A DNA stretch of 64,000 nt, taken from a virus. Numbering within the stretch: the stretch's first letter is position 1; each line of letters begins with the position of its first letter. The DNA is taken from IMG/VR virus record IMGVR_UViG_3300011115_000716, positions 1 to 64,000 of that record. One strand, given 5' to 3'. Both the position numbers and the translations under genes were made by a program. Below, one piece after another: positions 16,640-26,790 of this stretch. The notes beneath the pieces are model-generated. The model was given only the letters and a program-made list of their open reading frames with translations, made no database searches and had not been told where the DNA came from.

Positions 16640-16984
16640 ATGGACCAAATTGTCCTTTACTGGGCTGCAGGAGTCATTGCAGTTGGAAGTGCACTCGGGT
16701 TGCTATGGAAACTTATAAAGCCTTTGTGCGACCGTATACACGCTGCTATGGATGCTTGGGACGCATTCCTTAGAGATTGGGCTGGGGAACCGGCATCACC
16801 TGGACGTTCCGCCGTGCCGGGTGTAATGGAGCGCTTAAACCGTATTGACGGTGAATTGAAGCGAAACGGCGGCTCTTCTATGAAAGACGCAATAAATCGA
16901 GTTGAAAAAAAATTAGAGCAAATAGATGCTAGGCTCGAGGACGGTAATAAACGATTTGAAGCTATTGAGGAAAAAATATTGTGA
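16640..16984 (+). CDS. membrane protein with coiled coil (lysis-cassette type)
   Basis: N-terminal TM; PGVMERL..IDGEL..NGGSSMKD, typical of actinophage lysis-region proteins. Confidence 0.7.
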   Translation: MDQIVLYWAAGVIAVGSALGLLWKLIKPLCDRIHAAMDAWDAFLRDWAGEPASPGRSAVPGVMERLNRIDGELKRNGGSSMKDAINRVEKKLEQIDARLEDGNKRFEAIEEKIL

Positions 16985-17481
16985 TTATTCCAGAATTTGA
17001 TAAAAGTAGAATTGCTAGCCCTGATGCTATCAAAGGTGCTGTAGACACTTTAACTAGTGAAATGCAAAGAAAAGATGAAAGAACCAAAGTAAGGGTAAAA
17101 GAAAACTGGGATGCCGCCAAGAAAGCAAACCAGGCAGCCATAACCGCAGCTGAAAAAACAGCTGCAAGAAAAAAAGCGGCTACTGCTAAAAAAAGAGCCG
17201 CAACTCGAGCTGCCAATAAAACTAAAGCTGTAACTACAACTACTAAAACGTCTGTTCCTGGCCAATCAGGTGCTGCCAAAGGTAGACCAAATACTAAAGC
17301 TAGTACTAAGACTGCCGGTCCTGGGGTAAACAAGATGGCTAAGGCTACTATTAATAAAACTGCTGCAAGAAATGTAAGAAAATCTACAAAAGTTACTCCA
17401 GTTACTAGCGTTCCTAAAATTAAACCGGTTAATGGCGCTGGTAGACGCACTAATGGTGCTCCAAAAAAGCGTATGCGTTAA
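16981..17481 (+). CDS. histone H1-like Lys/Ala/Thr-rich protein
   Basis: AARKKAATAKKRAATRAA composition. Confidence 0.65.
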   Translation: MIIPEFDKSRIASPDAIKGAVDTLTSEMQRKDERTKVRVKENWDAAKKANQAAITAAEKTAARKKAATAKKRAATRAANKTKAVTTTTKTSVPGQSGAAKGRPNTKASTKTAGPGVNKMAKATINKTAARNVRKSTKVTPVTSVPKIKPVNGAGRRTNGAPKKRMR

Positions 17482-17548
17482 TATTGAGTTTATGCTTTAA
17501 ATTTTTCTAAAATAAGGCAATCTTATATTAGAATTAAAGGAGTTTACT

Positions 17549-17785
17549 ATGGCTAATTGTGCCAATTGCAGTTCAGACGCTTTATATGTCTATCAGATTA
17601 CTTCTGATTATGGCATTAACTATTGCCAACGTCACCTCCCGTCAATCCTATCTCGTGGACATCAACCAAACCTATTTGCAGCTCCTGTTGAGGAGTCTGT
17701 GGTTGAGGCCCCATCTAAGGGGAAAAAGAGCCAGGCAGTAGTTGAGCCTGAAGACGTGGTAGAAGACGATGCCCTTAATTCGTAA
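17549..17785 (+). CDS. hypothetical protein (CxxC..CxxH)
   Basis: SD AAGGAG; CANC...YCQRH. Confidence 0.7.
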   Translation: MANCANCSSDALYVYQITSDYGINYCQRHLPSILSRGHQPNLFAAPVEESVVEAPSKGKKSQAVVEPEDVVEDDALNS

Positions 17786-18011
17786 GTTTGCCGTACAGGG
17801 ACACGCTGTCCCCAACGGCTATAGCAGTCCCCGTGGACCGTTCCCGCCTGAGATTTTCGCGCAGAATCCTAGGGCGTATGACGAATCATTTCAATCCGAC
17901 TCCTTACCTGAAGCATTTGATGATATACGTATGTTTAGGTGTAAATATTGCACTGACATACTCTACGAGGATGAATTAACTAACCATGATTGCAATCAGG
18001 AAGAAGAATAA
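17769..18011 (+). CDS. hypothetical protein (CxxC..HxC)
   Basis: FRCKYC...NHDC. Confidence 0.65.
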   Translation: MPLIRKFAVQGHAVPNGYSSPRGPFPPEIFAQNPRAYDESFQSDSLPEAFDDIRMFRCKYCTDILYEDELTNHDCNQEEE

Positions 18012-18013
18012 AA

Positions 18014-18694
18014 ATGGCAACAAATAATAATGGTCATCTACTAGATGACTCAGGAAACGTAGTCGTTGACTTTGTATGGGGTAACTTTCCTCTACAGCCA
18101 AACGACGTACGCCCAGACACAGCAACTGGTCGTCTAGACTTTGCTCTATCTAACCACACCACCGCTGAAGGAGGCTGGAATGGATATCCTCTGTTTGAGC
18201 CAAACACCGATGGAGAGTTCACAGGTTCTGCCTATGCTTACACCCCATTCATCGTTGTACCTAACGTTCTAGGTCTAACCACTGCTTTGGCTTTGGATGC
18301 ACTTAAGGACGCTGGTTACGTAGCTGCAAACATTACCCAAACCACAGGGGTAACAAACACTGCTACTCAGCCAACAGGCATCAACGTGACTACAACCACT
18401 GCTGCAACTGTAACTGTTGCTGGTGGAACAACCTCATGGCCTGTAGGCACTAAGGTAACTATCTCCGCTGGAACAGGCATCCCAACAGCACTTGTTGGTA
18501 CTTGGTCAGTAACTGGTGGTAACGGAACTACCATTATCATCTCAGGTACTGGTTGGACAGTAGCAAACACTGGAGCAATTACTCCAGGAACCAGACTAAC
18601 TGGTGCTTCTGGAACTGTAAAGACTCAGACTGTTGCTGCTAACGCAGACAGCATTGCACTTGGTACTGCAATTACTACCACTTCTTGGGCTTAA
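18014..18694 (+). CDS. PASTA-like domain protein with Thr/Gly-rich insert
   Basis: VVPNVLGLT...A...LKDAG ... GTVKTQTVAA. Confidence 0.65.
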   Translation: MATNNNGHLLDDSGNVVVDFVWGNFPLQPNDVRPDTATGRLDFALSNHTTAEGGWNGYPLFEPNTDGEFTGSAYAYTPFIVVPNVLGLTTALALDALKDAGYVAANITQTTGVTNTATQPTGINVTTTTAATVTVAGGTTSWPVGTKVTISAGTGIPTALVGTWSVTGGNGTTIIISGTGWTVANTGAITPGTRLTGASGTVKTQTVAANADSIALGTAITTTSWA

Positions 18695-18711
18695 TTCTTA
18701 GGAAGTAACTA

Positions 18712-19392
18712 ATGCCTAATCTTGAGGGAGCGACGCCTGGCGGCTATGATGCTGCTACGGCGTCCTCCTTTGAGAAGGGTATGACAGCCGATGCTGAAGG
18801 CAATCTTTTTTATCAGCAATTTTCAAACTCTAAATATGCTGGACAATATAACCCAGTAGAGTATGACAGCATTGAAGGCGAAACTGATGAGAATGGAATT
18901 CTCATCGACCCTAACGCATCCCCAGAGGGTCCTGCTCCACTTACAGATGTTCCTACATCTTCAACAAATGTTAGGCGACCTCGCACAGTAGCTGCCGGCT
19001 ATGATGAGCAGCGACAAGTTCTTACTGTTATGTTCCGTGATGGAACCCTTTTTAACTTTTATAACGTGGATGCTGGTACGTGGAAAACATTCCACAACTC
19101 TTATTCTAAAGGTCCTATGTTAAACCTTTGGAACAAAGGTACGTATAGCCCTGGAGCTCTTCTTACATCTCCGCACTCTTATGGACCGGCAGACACTTCA
19201 AATGTAAGCCCTGAGGTCTTAGCGGGTATTTACCGTGTTGCACGTTCCAGCCAATTCCGCTATGCTTCTAATAAGGGTACAGTGTATCGCACTGCCCAAG
19301 GTAAGGCCTATACTCCACCTAAATCAAAAAAAGGTAATGCACCAAAAAATACTCCACCTGCTGCAAAGGCACATAAACCACATAAACCATAG
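18712..19392 (+). CDS. KTSC-domain protein
   Basis: AGYD....LTVMFRDG..F.FYNV....W..F..S.SKG. Confidence 0.75.
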   Translation: MPNLEGATPGGYDAATASSFEKGMTADAEGNLFYQQFSNSKYAGQYNPVEYDSIEGETDENGILIDPNASPEGPAPLTDVPTSSTNVRRPRTVAAGYDEQRQVLTVMFRDGTLFNFYNVDAGTWKTFHNSYSKGPMLNLWNKGTYSPGALLTSPHSYGPADTSNVSPEVLAGIYRVARSSQFRYASNKGTVYRTAQGKAYTPPKSKKGNAPKNTPPAAKAHKPHKP

Positions 19393-19398
19393 GAAACA

Positions 19399-19725
19399 AT
19401 GCCCAAGGTTCACAACATCGGAAAACAACACTTTTTTCAATATATGCGTTTCCCCGCTCAATGGGGGCGTAAGATTGCAGTTAAAGGTTACACTCAAGAA
19501 ATAAGAGAGCCCTTTAGAACATCTGAGCCGTGGATTATCCGGTTACCGTTTTATAGAGCTCTTGTAGTTGGTAAATGGACTGGAACACAACCAAATGAAG
19601 AATCGGCATTACAAAACGCACTAAGAGGACGGATATTAACTGATGAAGATTTCACTAAAGAAAAAGGATGGACTCCAGCCAAGTACAAAACTGGAGAAGA
19701 GAGTGTCTGGAATTGGGACGTCTGA
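19399..19725 (+). CDS. hypothetical protein
   Basis: 108 aa ORF, SD AGGA. Confidence 0.7.
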   Translation: MPKVHNIGKQHFFQYMRFPAQWGRKIAVKGYTQEIREPFRTSEPWIIRLPFYRALVVGKWTGTQPNEESALQNALRGRILTDEDFTKEKGWTPAKYKTGEESVWNWDV

Positions 19726-19888
19726 TTTAATTATGTGGGCTGAGAATGCCCTATTTGTTATTGGCAAAGAAGTTACCCATCATCAACGTGATAAAGACAT
19801 GGATGCTATTCTTGAAGCCGAACTTGGTGCAGAAGCCTTACTTGTAATTGTTCGTGAGTTAAAGAAACGCGCTGAAAATGACTGGTAA
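19643..19888 (+). CDS. hypothetical protein upstream of terL
   Basis: 81 aa, overlaps the terminase start. Confidence 0.6.
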   Translation: MKISLKKKDGLQPSTKLEKRVSGIGTSDLIMWAENALFVIGKEVTHHQRDKDMDAILEAELGAEALLVIVRELKKRAENDW

Positions 19889-21542
19889 TCACGAAGAAGA
19901 AGAAACTTACAGAGATGATGACGAGCAATATGAGGATAATCCCTGGGAGTTAGATGACGAGGATGAAGATGAGCAATTTCAGGAAATTACTCCTGAGATG
20001 TACGCTGATGAAACCTTAGATGAGTTTGAAGAACTAGATGAGGAAGATGACCTCGATGAGTTTTCCCAAGATTTTGTTGACCGATTAATTGATAAGATGA
20101 TGCAGTTTATGGTTGTGTTGGTTGGCCACGACCTGCATCCATACCAAAAGCCTTTGGCTAGACGAATGATGGAATCTATCATCATAAATGATGGTGAAGA
20201 AATCACAGCACTTGCTGCACGTCAGTCTGGTAAGTCAGAAACAATTGCTGACACAGTATCTACGCTTATGGTTCTTCTTCCTAGGCTTGCTAATATATAC
20301 CCAGAGCTTTTAGGAAAATATAAAGATGGGTTGATGGTTGGGCTATTTGCTCCTACTGAATCACAGGCTGAAACACTGTTCAGCAGAACTGTAACTCGAC
20401 TTAGCTCTGAGCGAGCTTTGGATGTTTTGAGCGACCCAGAGATTGATGATGTTGCCGCTAAGGTAGGTGGCGTTACCAAAATGATTAGGCTAAAGAAGTC
20501 GGGCAGTAGCCTAACAATGATGACTGCTAACCCAAGAGCAAAGATTGAGTCTAAGTCGTTCCACCTTATTGTTATTGACGAATGTCAAGAAGCGGACGAC
20601 TTTATTGTAAATAAGTCTATCTCTCCTATGCGTGCCTATTACGCAGGAACCATGGTAAAAACCGGAACACCTACAACTTCTAAGAATAACTTTTACCGTT
20701 CTATTCAGCTAAACAGGCGTAGACAAACAGGTAAACGAGCTAGACAGAACCACTTTCAGTGGGACTGGAGAGACGTATCAAAATATAACGATAACTATAA
20801 TCGGTTCATTAAAAAAGAAACACTTCGTATTGGAGAAGATTCAGATGAGTTTCAAATGTCGTACAACTGCAAATGGCTACTTGAACGCGGAATGTTTGTT
20901 ACGAGTTCCGTCATGGATGACCTTGGTGACACATCTCAAGAGCTCGTCAAAGTTTGGCATCAAACCCCTGTTGTGGTTGGAGTCGACCCAGCTCGAAAGA
21001 TGGACTCCACTGTTGTTACGGTTGTCTGGGTTGACTGGGACCGTCCCGATGAGTTTGGCTATTTCGACCATCGAGTCCTTAACTGGCTTGAAATCCAAGG
21101 AGATGACTGGGAAGAGCAATACTTCCAAATAGTTAACTTCTTATCTAACTACGATGTTCTTGCTATTGGAGTAGACGCCAATGGTGTTGGTGACGTAGTT
21201 GCCCAACGTCTAAAAGTACTTATGCCTCGTGCTGAGGTAATACCATTAACATCTAGCCAATCAGAGCAATCTAGTAGGTTTAAACACCTACAAGCTTTGA
21301 TTCAAAGGGAGATGTTATCATTCCCTGCTCACGCAAAGACGCGCCGACTTAATCTGTGGAAGCGTTTTTATCAACAAATGATTGATGCTGAAATTCAATA
21401 TAAAGGTAACAGCTTTACTGTTGCTGCCCCGAGAGAAGCTTACGCTCACGATGACTTTGTTGATAGCCTGGCTATTGCTTGTTCTCTTACAAAAGAACTA
21501 GTTATGCCTACCGTAGAAGTTGGAACAAACCCTTTCTTCTAA
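19878..21542 (+). CDS. terL: Terminase large subunit
   Basis: ARQSGKS Walker A, LIVIDE Walker B, TGTP, VGVDPA, HDDFVDS nuclease; acidic N terminus. Confidence 0.93.
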   Translation: MTGNHEEEETYRDDDEQYEDNPWELDDEDEDEQFQEITPEMYADETLDEFEELDEEDDLDEFSQDFVDRLIDKMMQFMVVLVGHDLHPYQKPLARRMMESIIINDGEEITALAARQSGKSETIADTVSTLMVLLPRLANIYPELLGKYKDGLMVGLFAPTESQAETLFSRTVTRLSSERALDVLSDPEIDDVAAKVGGVTKMIRLKKSGSSLTMMTANPRAKIESKSFHLIVIDECQEADDFIVNKSISPMRAYYAGTMVKTGTPTTSKNNFYRSIQLNRRRQTGKRARQNHFQWDWRDVSKYNDNYNRFIKKETLRIGEDSDEFQMSYNCKWLLERGMFVTSSVMDDLGDTSQELVKVWHQTPVVVGVDPARKMDSTVVTVVWVDWDRPDEFGYFDHRVLNWLEIQGDDWEEQYFQIVNFLSNYDVLAIGVDANGVGDVVAQRLKVLMPRAEVIPLTSSQSEQSSRFKHLQALIQREMLSFPAHAKTRRLNLWKRFYQQMIDAEIQYKGNSFTVAAPREAYAHDDFVDSLAIACSLTKELVMPTVEVGTNPFF

Positions 21543-21548
21543 AAAGTT

Positions 21549-21571
21549 TTGAGTTAAGGCAGAAAAATAGT
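21549..21571 (+). promoter_or_regulatory. putative late-promoter motif TTGAGTTAAGGCA..AAAATAGT, copy 1
   Basis: Repeated at 24101-24122. Confidence 0.55.
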
Positions 21572-21637
21572 ACATAAAGCCCCAAACTAGTAAAGGAAAT
21601 ACTCGAGTTTTCCACTATCAAATTTAAGGAGTTCCCC

Positions 21638-22033
21638 ATGGGTATTGCACCAAACCCTATGTTCCCAGAGCGCGCAGCTCAGGGATATGAAATCAAGCCT
21701 GCAGGTAATGAAGAACGTCGCGGCCCACTTCGCTTTGAAGAAGGTATTGCTACTGACACTGACGTACCTACCGACTTCCAGAAGGGTATCATGAACGGCT
21801 TTGCAGCTGCTCCTGGTCGCCCAAACCGCAACGCTCCAGTATGGCAGAAGCCAGCTGCTGAGACCATGTCAGAACGTGCACACGTAGGTTCTTGTTCATG
21901 GATTGAAGCACCTACCTTCCTTAGTGAATTTGCTTATGGTTCTTACTCACAGAACTCAGAGCAGGTTATTGAAACTAAAGTTGTTTCAGGTGGTCGCGTA
22001 CAGCGTCTAAACCCAACAGTCGTAAACGACTAA
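21638..22033 (+). CDS. hypothetical virion protein
   Basis: 131 aa, SD AAGGAG, between terL and portal. Confidence 0.7.
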   Translation: MGIAPNPMFPERAAQGYEIKPAGNEERRGPLRFEEGIATDTDVPTDFQKGIMNGFAAAPGRPNRNAPVWQKPAAETMSERAHVGSCSWIEAPTFLSEFAYGSYSQNSEQVIETKVVSGGRVQRLNPTVVND

Positions 22034-22095
22034 TTTAAGAGTTTAACAACCTTGCCCCACTTTGCAATAGTAGAGTGGGGTTAGGAAGTTGACCC

Positions 22096-22350
22096 TTGAG
22101 GAGCAAATTGTCTGACGTCCCAGTTAATGAAAAGCTTTATGCCATGGTAGTAACCCAGGCCAAAGCTAAGTACCGTATTTATCCGAGCCCGGGTGCCTCG
22201 CACTGGGTACATCGTAGATATTTGGAACTGGGTGGCAAGTATATTGACTCTGAAGAAATTGCAGAGCGCAAGAGAATTATGAGAGCCTGGCAAGAGCGTA
22301 AAGCTAAAGCACGTGGCCACAATGATGACGACAAGAAGGATAGTAAGTAA
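22096..22350 (+). CDS. small basic protein (DUF5872-related pattern)
   Basis: NEKLY..V..QAKAKYRIYPS..ASHWV.RRY...GGKY. Confidence 0.6.
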   Translation: MRSKLSDVPVNEKLYAMVVTQAKAKYRIYPSPGASHWVHRRYLELGGKYIDSEEIAERKRIMRAWQERKAKARGHNDDDKKDSK

Positions 22351-24080
22351 TGTCATTTCTTGACTTTTCCCCACCAAGCTATAGAGCTTCGTCATCTGAC
22401 CTTACTATCAGCATTTCGCCTTTGGGGCTTGTAGAACTTGCTGACGAAGAATTTGAGGTCCACGGTCCTCGTCTAAACCGTTATAGTCTTAACTGGGCTA
22501 TGTACCTTGGCCATCACTGGGGTTATCGTCGTGAACAAGGTGAAATGCAAATTTCCCTTAACTATTACCGTGCGTTCATTGACTATATTGATAGATTTAC
22601 TTTTGGTAATGGTGTACATTTCCGTAGTCCTAAAGCTACTGAAGCTATTATCCCAGGTCGACTAGAGCGTGTTTGGAATATTGACAATGACAAAATGCGT
22701 GTTCTATTGGAAATGGCTCAGCTTGGGTCTATCACTGGCGACTGCTTTGTAAAGGTTGCTTATGAAGAGGCTTGGGAAGACAGCATTGGCCGTCTACACC
22801 CAGGACGTGTTCGCATTCTTCCATTGAACTCGGCCTTTGCTTTCCCTGAGTTCCATCCTCACGACCGTAGTCGTTTACTTAGATTTAAACAGAAGTACCG
22901 TTTTTGGGGAACATCCCTAGAAGGTACTCGCCAGGTCTTTACTTACACCGAAATTCTTACTGATGACGTTATTGAAGAATACGTCAATGATGAGTTGATT
23001 GACTCAAGACCAAACCCACTAGGTTTGATTCCTGTTGTACACATTCCAAACATTCCGGTGTCTGGTTCTCCATGGGGTTTGTCAGATGCTCATGATATTA
23101 TTTCTATTAACCGTTCATATAATGAAATCGCTACAGACGTAGCTGACATTATTAACTACCATGCTGCTCCTGTTACAGTTATTGTTGGTGCTAAGCAGGG
23201 TAACCTTGAAAAGGGTGCTAAGAAGGTTTGGGGTGGTCTTCCAAAAGACGCTCAGGTATTTAACCTTGAAGGTGGTTCTGCGGGATTAACTGGAGCTATG
23301 CAATACATGCAAATGCTTAAGCTGTCTATGCACGAAATGATGAACGTTCCTGAGTCTGCTCTTGGCCAGGCTCAGCCTATTTCTAACACCTCAGGTGTTG
23401 CTCTTTCTATTCAATTCCAACCTTTAATGAACCGTTATGCACAAAAGTCATCGGTTTATGGTAAAGGCCTAGAACGTATCAATGAGCTAGTTATACTAAA
23501 CCTTGCTATCAAAGAACCAGAAACTCTTACATATAACCCAGATACTGATGGCCCATTAGCAGAAGGTCAACTTACACAGTTAGACCCTAACGACCCTATC
23601 ACTTACATTACTTATTCCCATTTCCCTCCACCACTACCTTTAGACAAGCTAGTTCTTCTTAACGAACTTCAGCAAAAAATGTCTATGGGACTTGAGTCTA
23701 AAGAAGGCGCTTTGCGTGCTTTGGGTGAAGAATTCCCGCTTGAGAAGATTAGCGAAATTCGTTCTGAACTTATGGATGACGCTAAGGGCGAAGGCGCTCT
23801 TAATCTTGTTAAGGCAGAGATTCAAAAACAACTTATGGATATCACCGGAATGATGGTAGGACCTGACGGTACTGCTACTCCTATGGACCCTATGATGATG
23901 GGTGACGGAGATGTCATGGGTGATGGACAACTAGGTCCTAAGGGACAAGGCGTTGACCCACAAGGAGACGCAGAGATTGCTCAAGCAGAATTAGCAGCTG
24001 AGCAACAGATACGCCAAGGTTTGATTAACGATGCTTACGGAGAAAAAATACCTCCAAGAAGTACAGTTGACAAAGATTAA
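22350..24080 (+). CDS. Portal protein
   Basis: 576 aa; NPLGLIPVVH.PN, GLSD, SGVAL; position between terL and scaffold. Confidence 0.9.
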   Translation: MSFLDFSPPSYRASSSDLTISISPLGLVELADEEFEVHGPRLNRYSLNWAMYLGHHWGYRREQGEMQISLNYYRAFIDYIDRFTFGNGVHFRSPKATEAIIPGRLERVWNIDNDKMRVLLEMAQLGSITGDCFVKVAYEEAWEDSIGRLHPGRVRILPLNSAFAFPEFHPHDRSRLLRFKQKYRFWGTSLEGTRQVFTYTEILTDDVIEEYVNDELIDSRPNPLGLIPVVHIPNIPVSGSPWGLSDAHDIISINRSYNEIATDVADIINYHAAPVTVIVGAKQGNLEKGAKKVWGGLPKDAQVFNLEGGSAGLTGAMQYMQMLKLSMHEMMNVPESALGQAQPISNTSGVALSIQFQPLMNRYAQKSSVYGKGLERINELVILNLAIKEPETLTYNPDTDGPLAEGQLTQLDPNDPITYITYSHFPPPLPLDKLVLLNELQQKMSMGLESKEGALRALGEEFPLEKISEIRSELMDDAKGEGALNLVKAEIQKQLMDITGMMVGPDGTATPMDPMMMGDGDVMGDGQLGPKGQGVDPQGDAEIAQAELAAEQQIRQGLINDAYGEKIPPRSTVDKD

Positions 24081-24100
24081 TGTCTTATTTTAAGACATTA

Positions 24101-24122
24101 TTGAGTTAAGGCACAAAATAGT
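24101..24122 (+). promoter_or_regulatory. putative late-promoter motif, copy 2
   Basis: TTGAGTTAAGGCACAAAATAGT upstream of scaffold and capsid. Confidence 0.55.
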
Positions 24123-24213
24123 TATATTTTGCGTTTTACTTATCATATAACAGTTAAGGTCTAGTGGCATTAATTCGGAAAACGACCATCGAGAATGAAA
24201 AGAGGTTAGCCTT

Positions 24214-24981
24214 ATGGCTGATTTGGAAAACACACAAGAAGTAGTTGAATCTACTATTTACACACCTGAAGAAGCATTTGCGGAGGAAACGCTATTGCCA
24301 AACACTGACAAGGTTGCTGAAGCAATTCAAAAAGCCCGTGCTCAGGAAAAAGCAAAGCTATATCCTCAGGTAGAAAAGCTACAGGAAGAAATTGCTTCTC
24401 TCCGTTCAGAGAAGCATGAACGCGAATCTAAGGACGCAGAACGTAAAGCACTACGTGCAGCACGTGAAGCTCAAGCCGCTGTTGAGCGTAAGAGGCAAGA
24501 AGAATCAGAACTTGAAGTTCGTGACTTACTTGCAAGAAAAGAAGAAGAGTGGGCTGAAAAGCTTAACTCCGAACGCCAAGAGCGTGAGAAGGCATTTGCT
24601 CTTCTAGAACGCGAGCGTGAGTTTCAGGAGCTATCGGCATTCCGCCAACAGCGTATGGAAGCAGAACGCGACAATATCATTCCAGAACTTGTTGACCTAA
24701 TTTCTGGTAATTCCCGCGATGAAATCGAGCAGAGCATCGCTGGTCTAAAAGAACGCTCTGCGAAAATCTTCGACTCTGTTGCGCAAGTTGCACAGCAAAG
24801 TCGCAAGGAAATGGTAGGAACTCGAATCACGAGCCCTGCTTCTGGACCCCTCGACAACGACTCGGACTCACGTACGTACTCGCCTGATGACATTTCTAAA
24901 ATGTCTTTGTCAGACTATGCGAAGAATCGTTCCAAGTTACTTGGAAACAGCAAAAACAGTGGACAGGGATTGTTCGGGTAA
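24214..24981 (+). CDS. Capsid scaffolding protein
   Basis: Charged coiled coil directly before the major capsid gene. Confidence 0.8.
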   Translation: MADLENTQEVVESTIYTPEEAFAEETLLPNTDKVAEAIQKARAQEKAKLYPQVEKLQEEIASLRSEKHERESKDAERKALRAAREAQAAVERKRQEESELEVRDLLARKEEEWAEKLNSERQEREKAFALLEREREFQELSAFRQQRMEAERDNIIPELVDLISGNSRDEIEQSIAGLKERSAKIFDSVAQVAQQSRKEMVGTRITSPASGPLDNDSDSRTYSPDDISKMSLSDYAKNRSKLLGNSKNSGQGLFG

Positions 24982-25025
24982 TTCAAAAAACCTAATCTAA
25001 CGACCGCTTCTGAAAGGAGCAAAAA

Positions 25026-26207
25026 ATGGCAGGTTCTGCTGTTACAGGTACGGGAGCCCTCGCGGGCGCACCTACCGCATATTCAGGTTCAAATAGCCAG
25101 CTTTCACAGGCTATCCAAACTATCTGGTCGAAGGAAATTCTGTTCCAGGCGATGCCAATTCTTCGCTTTGAGCAGTTTGCAGTTAAGAAGACAGAACTAG
25201 GTGTTGCACCTGGTCTGCGCGTTAACTTCCTTCGTTACAAGAACTTCGCAGTGGACCCAACTCCACTTACCGAAGGTGTCCGTATGACAACCTCCGCTCT
25301 AACCGCAGAGCAGATTGCTATTACCGTTGCTGAGCACGGCTTTGCAGTTGCAGTTTCCGAATTGCTACTGAACGCTTCGTTCGACGACATCATGGCGTCT
25401 TCTTCACGTTTGCTTGGTCGCCACATGGCACAGTACCTAGACGTACAGGCACGTGATACACTATCAGCTGCTACTTCAGCAACTTTCGGTTACGACCGTA
25501 CTGCATACGACGGTGCTACCAACTTCAACCTATACCAGGAAGGTAGCGTTGCTACCGCTGTATCAGGCTCTAACACTTCTGTTGGTTCTGGTACTGCTGC
25601 TGGTAAGTACAAGTTGACCACTGGAGCTATCAAGGACTCAGCACTTGTGCTTGCGTCTAAGAACATTCCAAGACTAGGTGAGACATACGTCCAGTTCATT
25701 CACCCTAAGCAGTCTCGTGACCTTCGTTCAAACCCAGAGTTTATCGAAGTAACCAAGTACGCTGCTCCAGGTAACTTCATGCTAGGTGAAATCGGTCGTC
25801 TATACGACGTAGTATTCATCGAGACCACACAGGTCAAGAAGTATGCAACTGGTGCTAGCGTTACTGACTACACCTCAAAGGTTGGTGCTCCTGCAGACCA
25901 GTACGGTTATCCTGTAAAGGCTAACACTGGTCCTGGTCAGGGTGGTAACCCAGCTCTTACCCAGTTCGGAAACGGTGCTGGTGGTACTGGCTCTGCTTAC
26001 CCAACTGACACAACAACTCTTACCGCAGACGTGTATGAGTCAATCATGATTGGTGACAACGCATTTGGTCACGCAATCTCTCTACCAGTTGAGCTTCGTG
26101 ACGGTGGTGTTCTGGACTTCGGTCGTGAACACGCACTAGCATGGTACGCCATCTGGGGTCTAGGTATCATTACCGACCAGGCTATCAACAAGGTTTACAC
26201 CAACTAA
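25026..26207 (+). CDS. Major capsid protein (N4-gp56-like family)
   Basis: PLTEGV, EHG.AV, IHP.Q.RDLR, GEIGRLY.V.FIET, D.GR...AWY. Confidence 0.9.
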   Translation: MAGSAVTGTGALAGAPTAYSGSNSQLSQAIQTIWSKEILFQAMPILRFEQFAVKKTELGVAPGLRVNFLRYKNFAVDPTPLTEGVRMTTSALTAEQIAITVAEHGFAVAVSELLLNASFDDIMASSSRLLGRHMAQYLDVQARDTLSAATSATFGYDRTAYDGATNFNLYQEGSVATAVSGSNTSVGSGTAAGKYKLTTGAIKDSALVLASKNIPRLGETYVQFIHPKQSRDLRSNPEFIEVTKYAAPGNFMLGEIGRLYDVVFIETTQVKKYATGASVTDYTSKVGAPADQYGYPVKANTGPGQGGNPALTQFGNGAGGTGSAYPTDTTTLTADVYESIMIGDNAFGHAISLPVELRDGGVLDFGREHALAWYAIWGLGIITDQAINKVYTN

Positions 26208-26226
26208 TAGCCAAACCCTTCGTCGA

Positions 26227-26249
26227 GGGGGGCCTCAAAAGGGCCCCCC
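26227..26249 (+). terminator. hairpin after the capsid gene (no U tail; stabiliser or attenuator)
   Basis: GGGGGGCCT-CAAAA-GGGCCCCCC. Confidence 0.45.
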
Positions 26250-26288
26250 AACACAAACAAACAAACTAAAACAAGGAGAATAAATATC

Positions 26289-26672
26289 GTGGCAAATAAA
26301 CCCACTAGTCCACAGGACACAACAGGACGCGCAGTAGAAGATGCTGCAAGGCGTAACGCAGCTGAATTAGCTGCTCGCAAAGATGAAATTGCATTATCTC
26401 GTCAGGCAGAAGTTACAAGCCTAGAGAATGATGTATTCGACCCAAGACAACCAGATGCTCCAATCTTGCTAGACGAGGTTGAGGAACTTGGTGTTAATGT
26501 CACTGCTGATGAGTTCGTTATCATCCGTACAATTTCAGACATTGAAGACATGACTTATGGTGTAGTAAACGGTGCTCCGCAGAACTTCACCTTTAAAGCC
26601 GGAGTTAAGTACAAGGTTCCAGTCGATTTGGCTTCATACCTTGCTCGTCTAGGTTATACCTGGAAAGCTTAA
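26289..26672 (+). CDS. hypothetical virion protein
   Basis: 127 aa, SD AAGGAG. Confidence 0.75.
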   Translation: MANKPTSPQDTTGRAVEDAARRNAAELAARKDEIALSRQAEVTSLENDVFDPRQPDAPILLDEVEELGVNVTADEFVIIRTISDIEDMTYGVVNGAPQNFTFKAGVKYKVPVDLASYLARLGYTWKA

Positions 26673-26684
26673 TTTCTTTAAACT

Positions 26685-26732
26685 GTCCGTCCTGCTGGCC
26701 CCCGCCTCCTCGTCAGCAGGGCGGACTTTTTT
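26685..26732 (+). terminator. intrinsic terminator
   Basis: GTCCGTCCTGCTG...CAGCAGGGCGGAC-TTTTTT. Confidence 0.8.
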
Positions 26733-26790
26733 ACGCTGTATTTACTCGTAATATGCGAGAACATAAATATATAGAATTTTTGGAGGAGTA

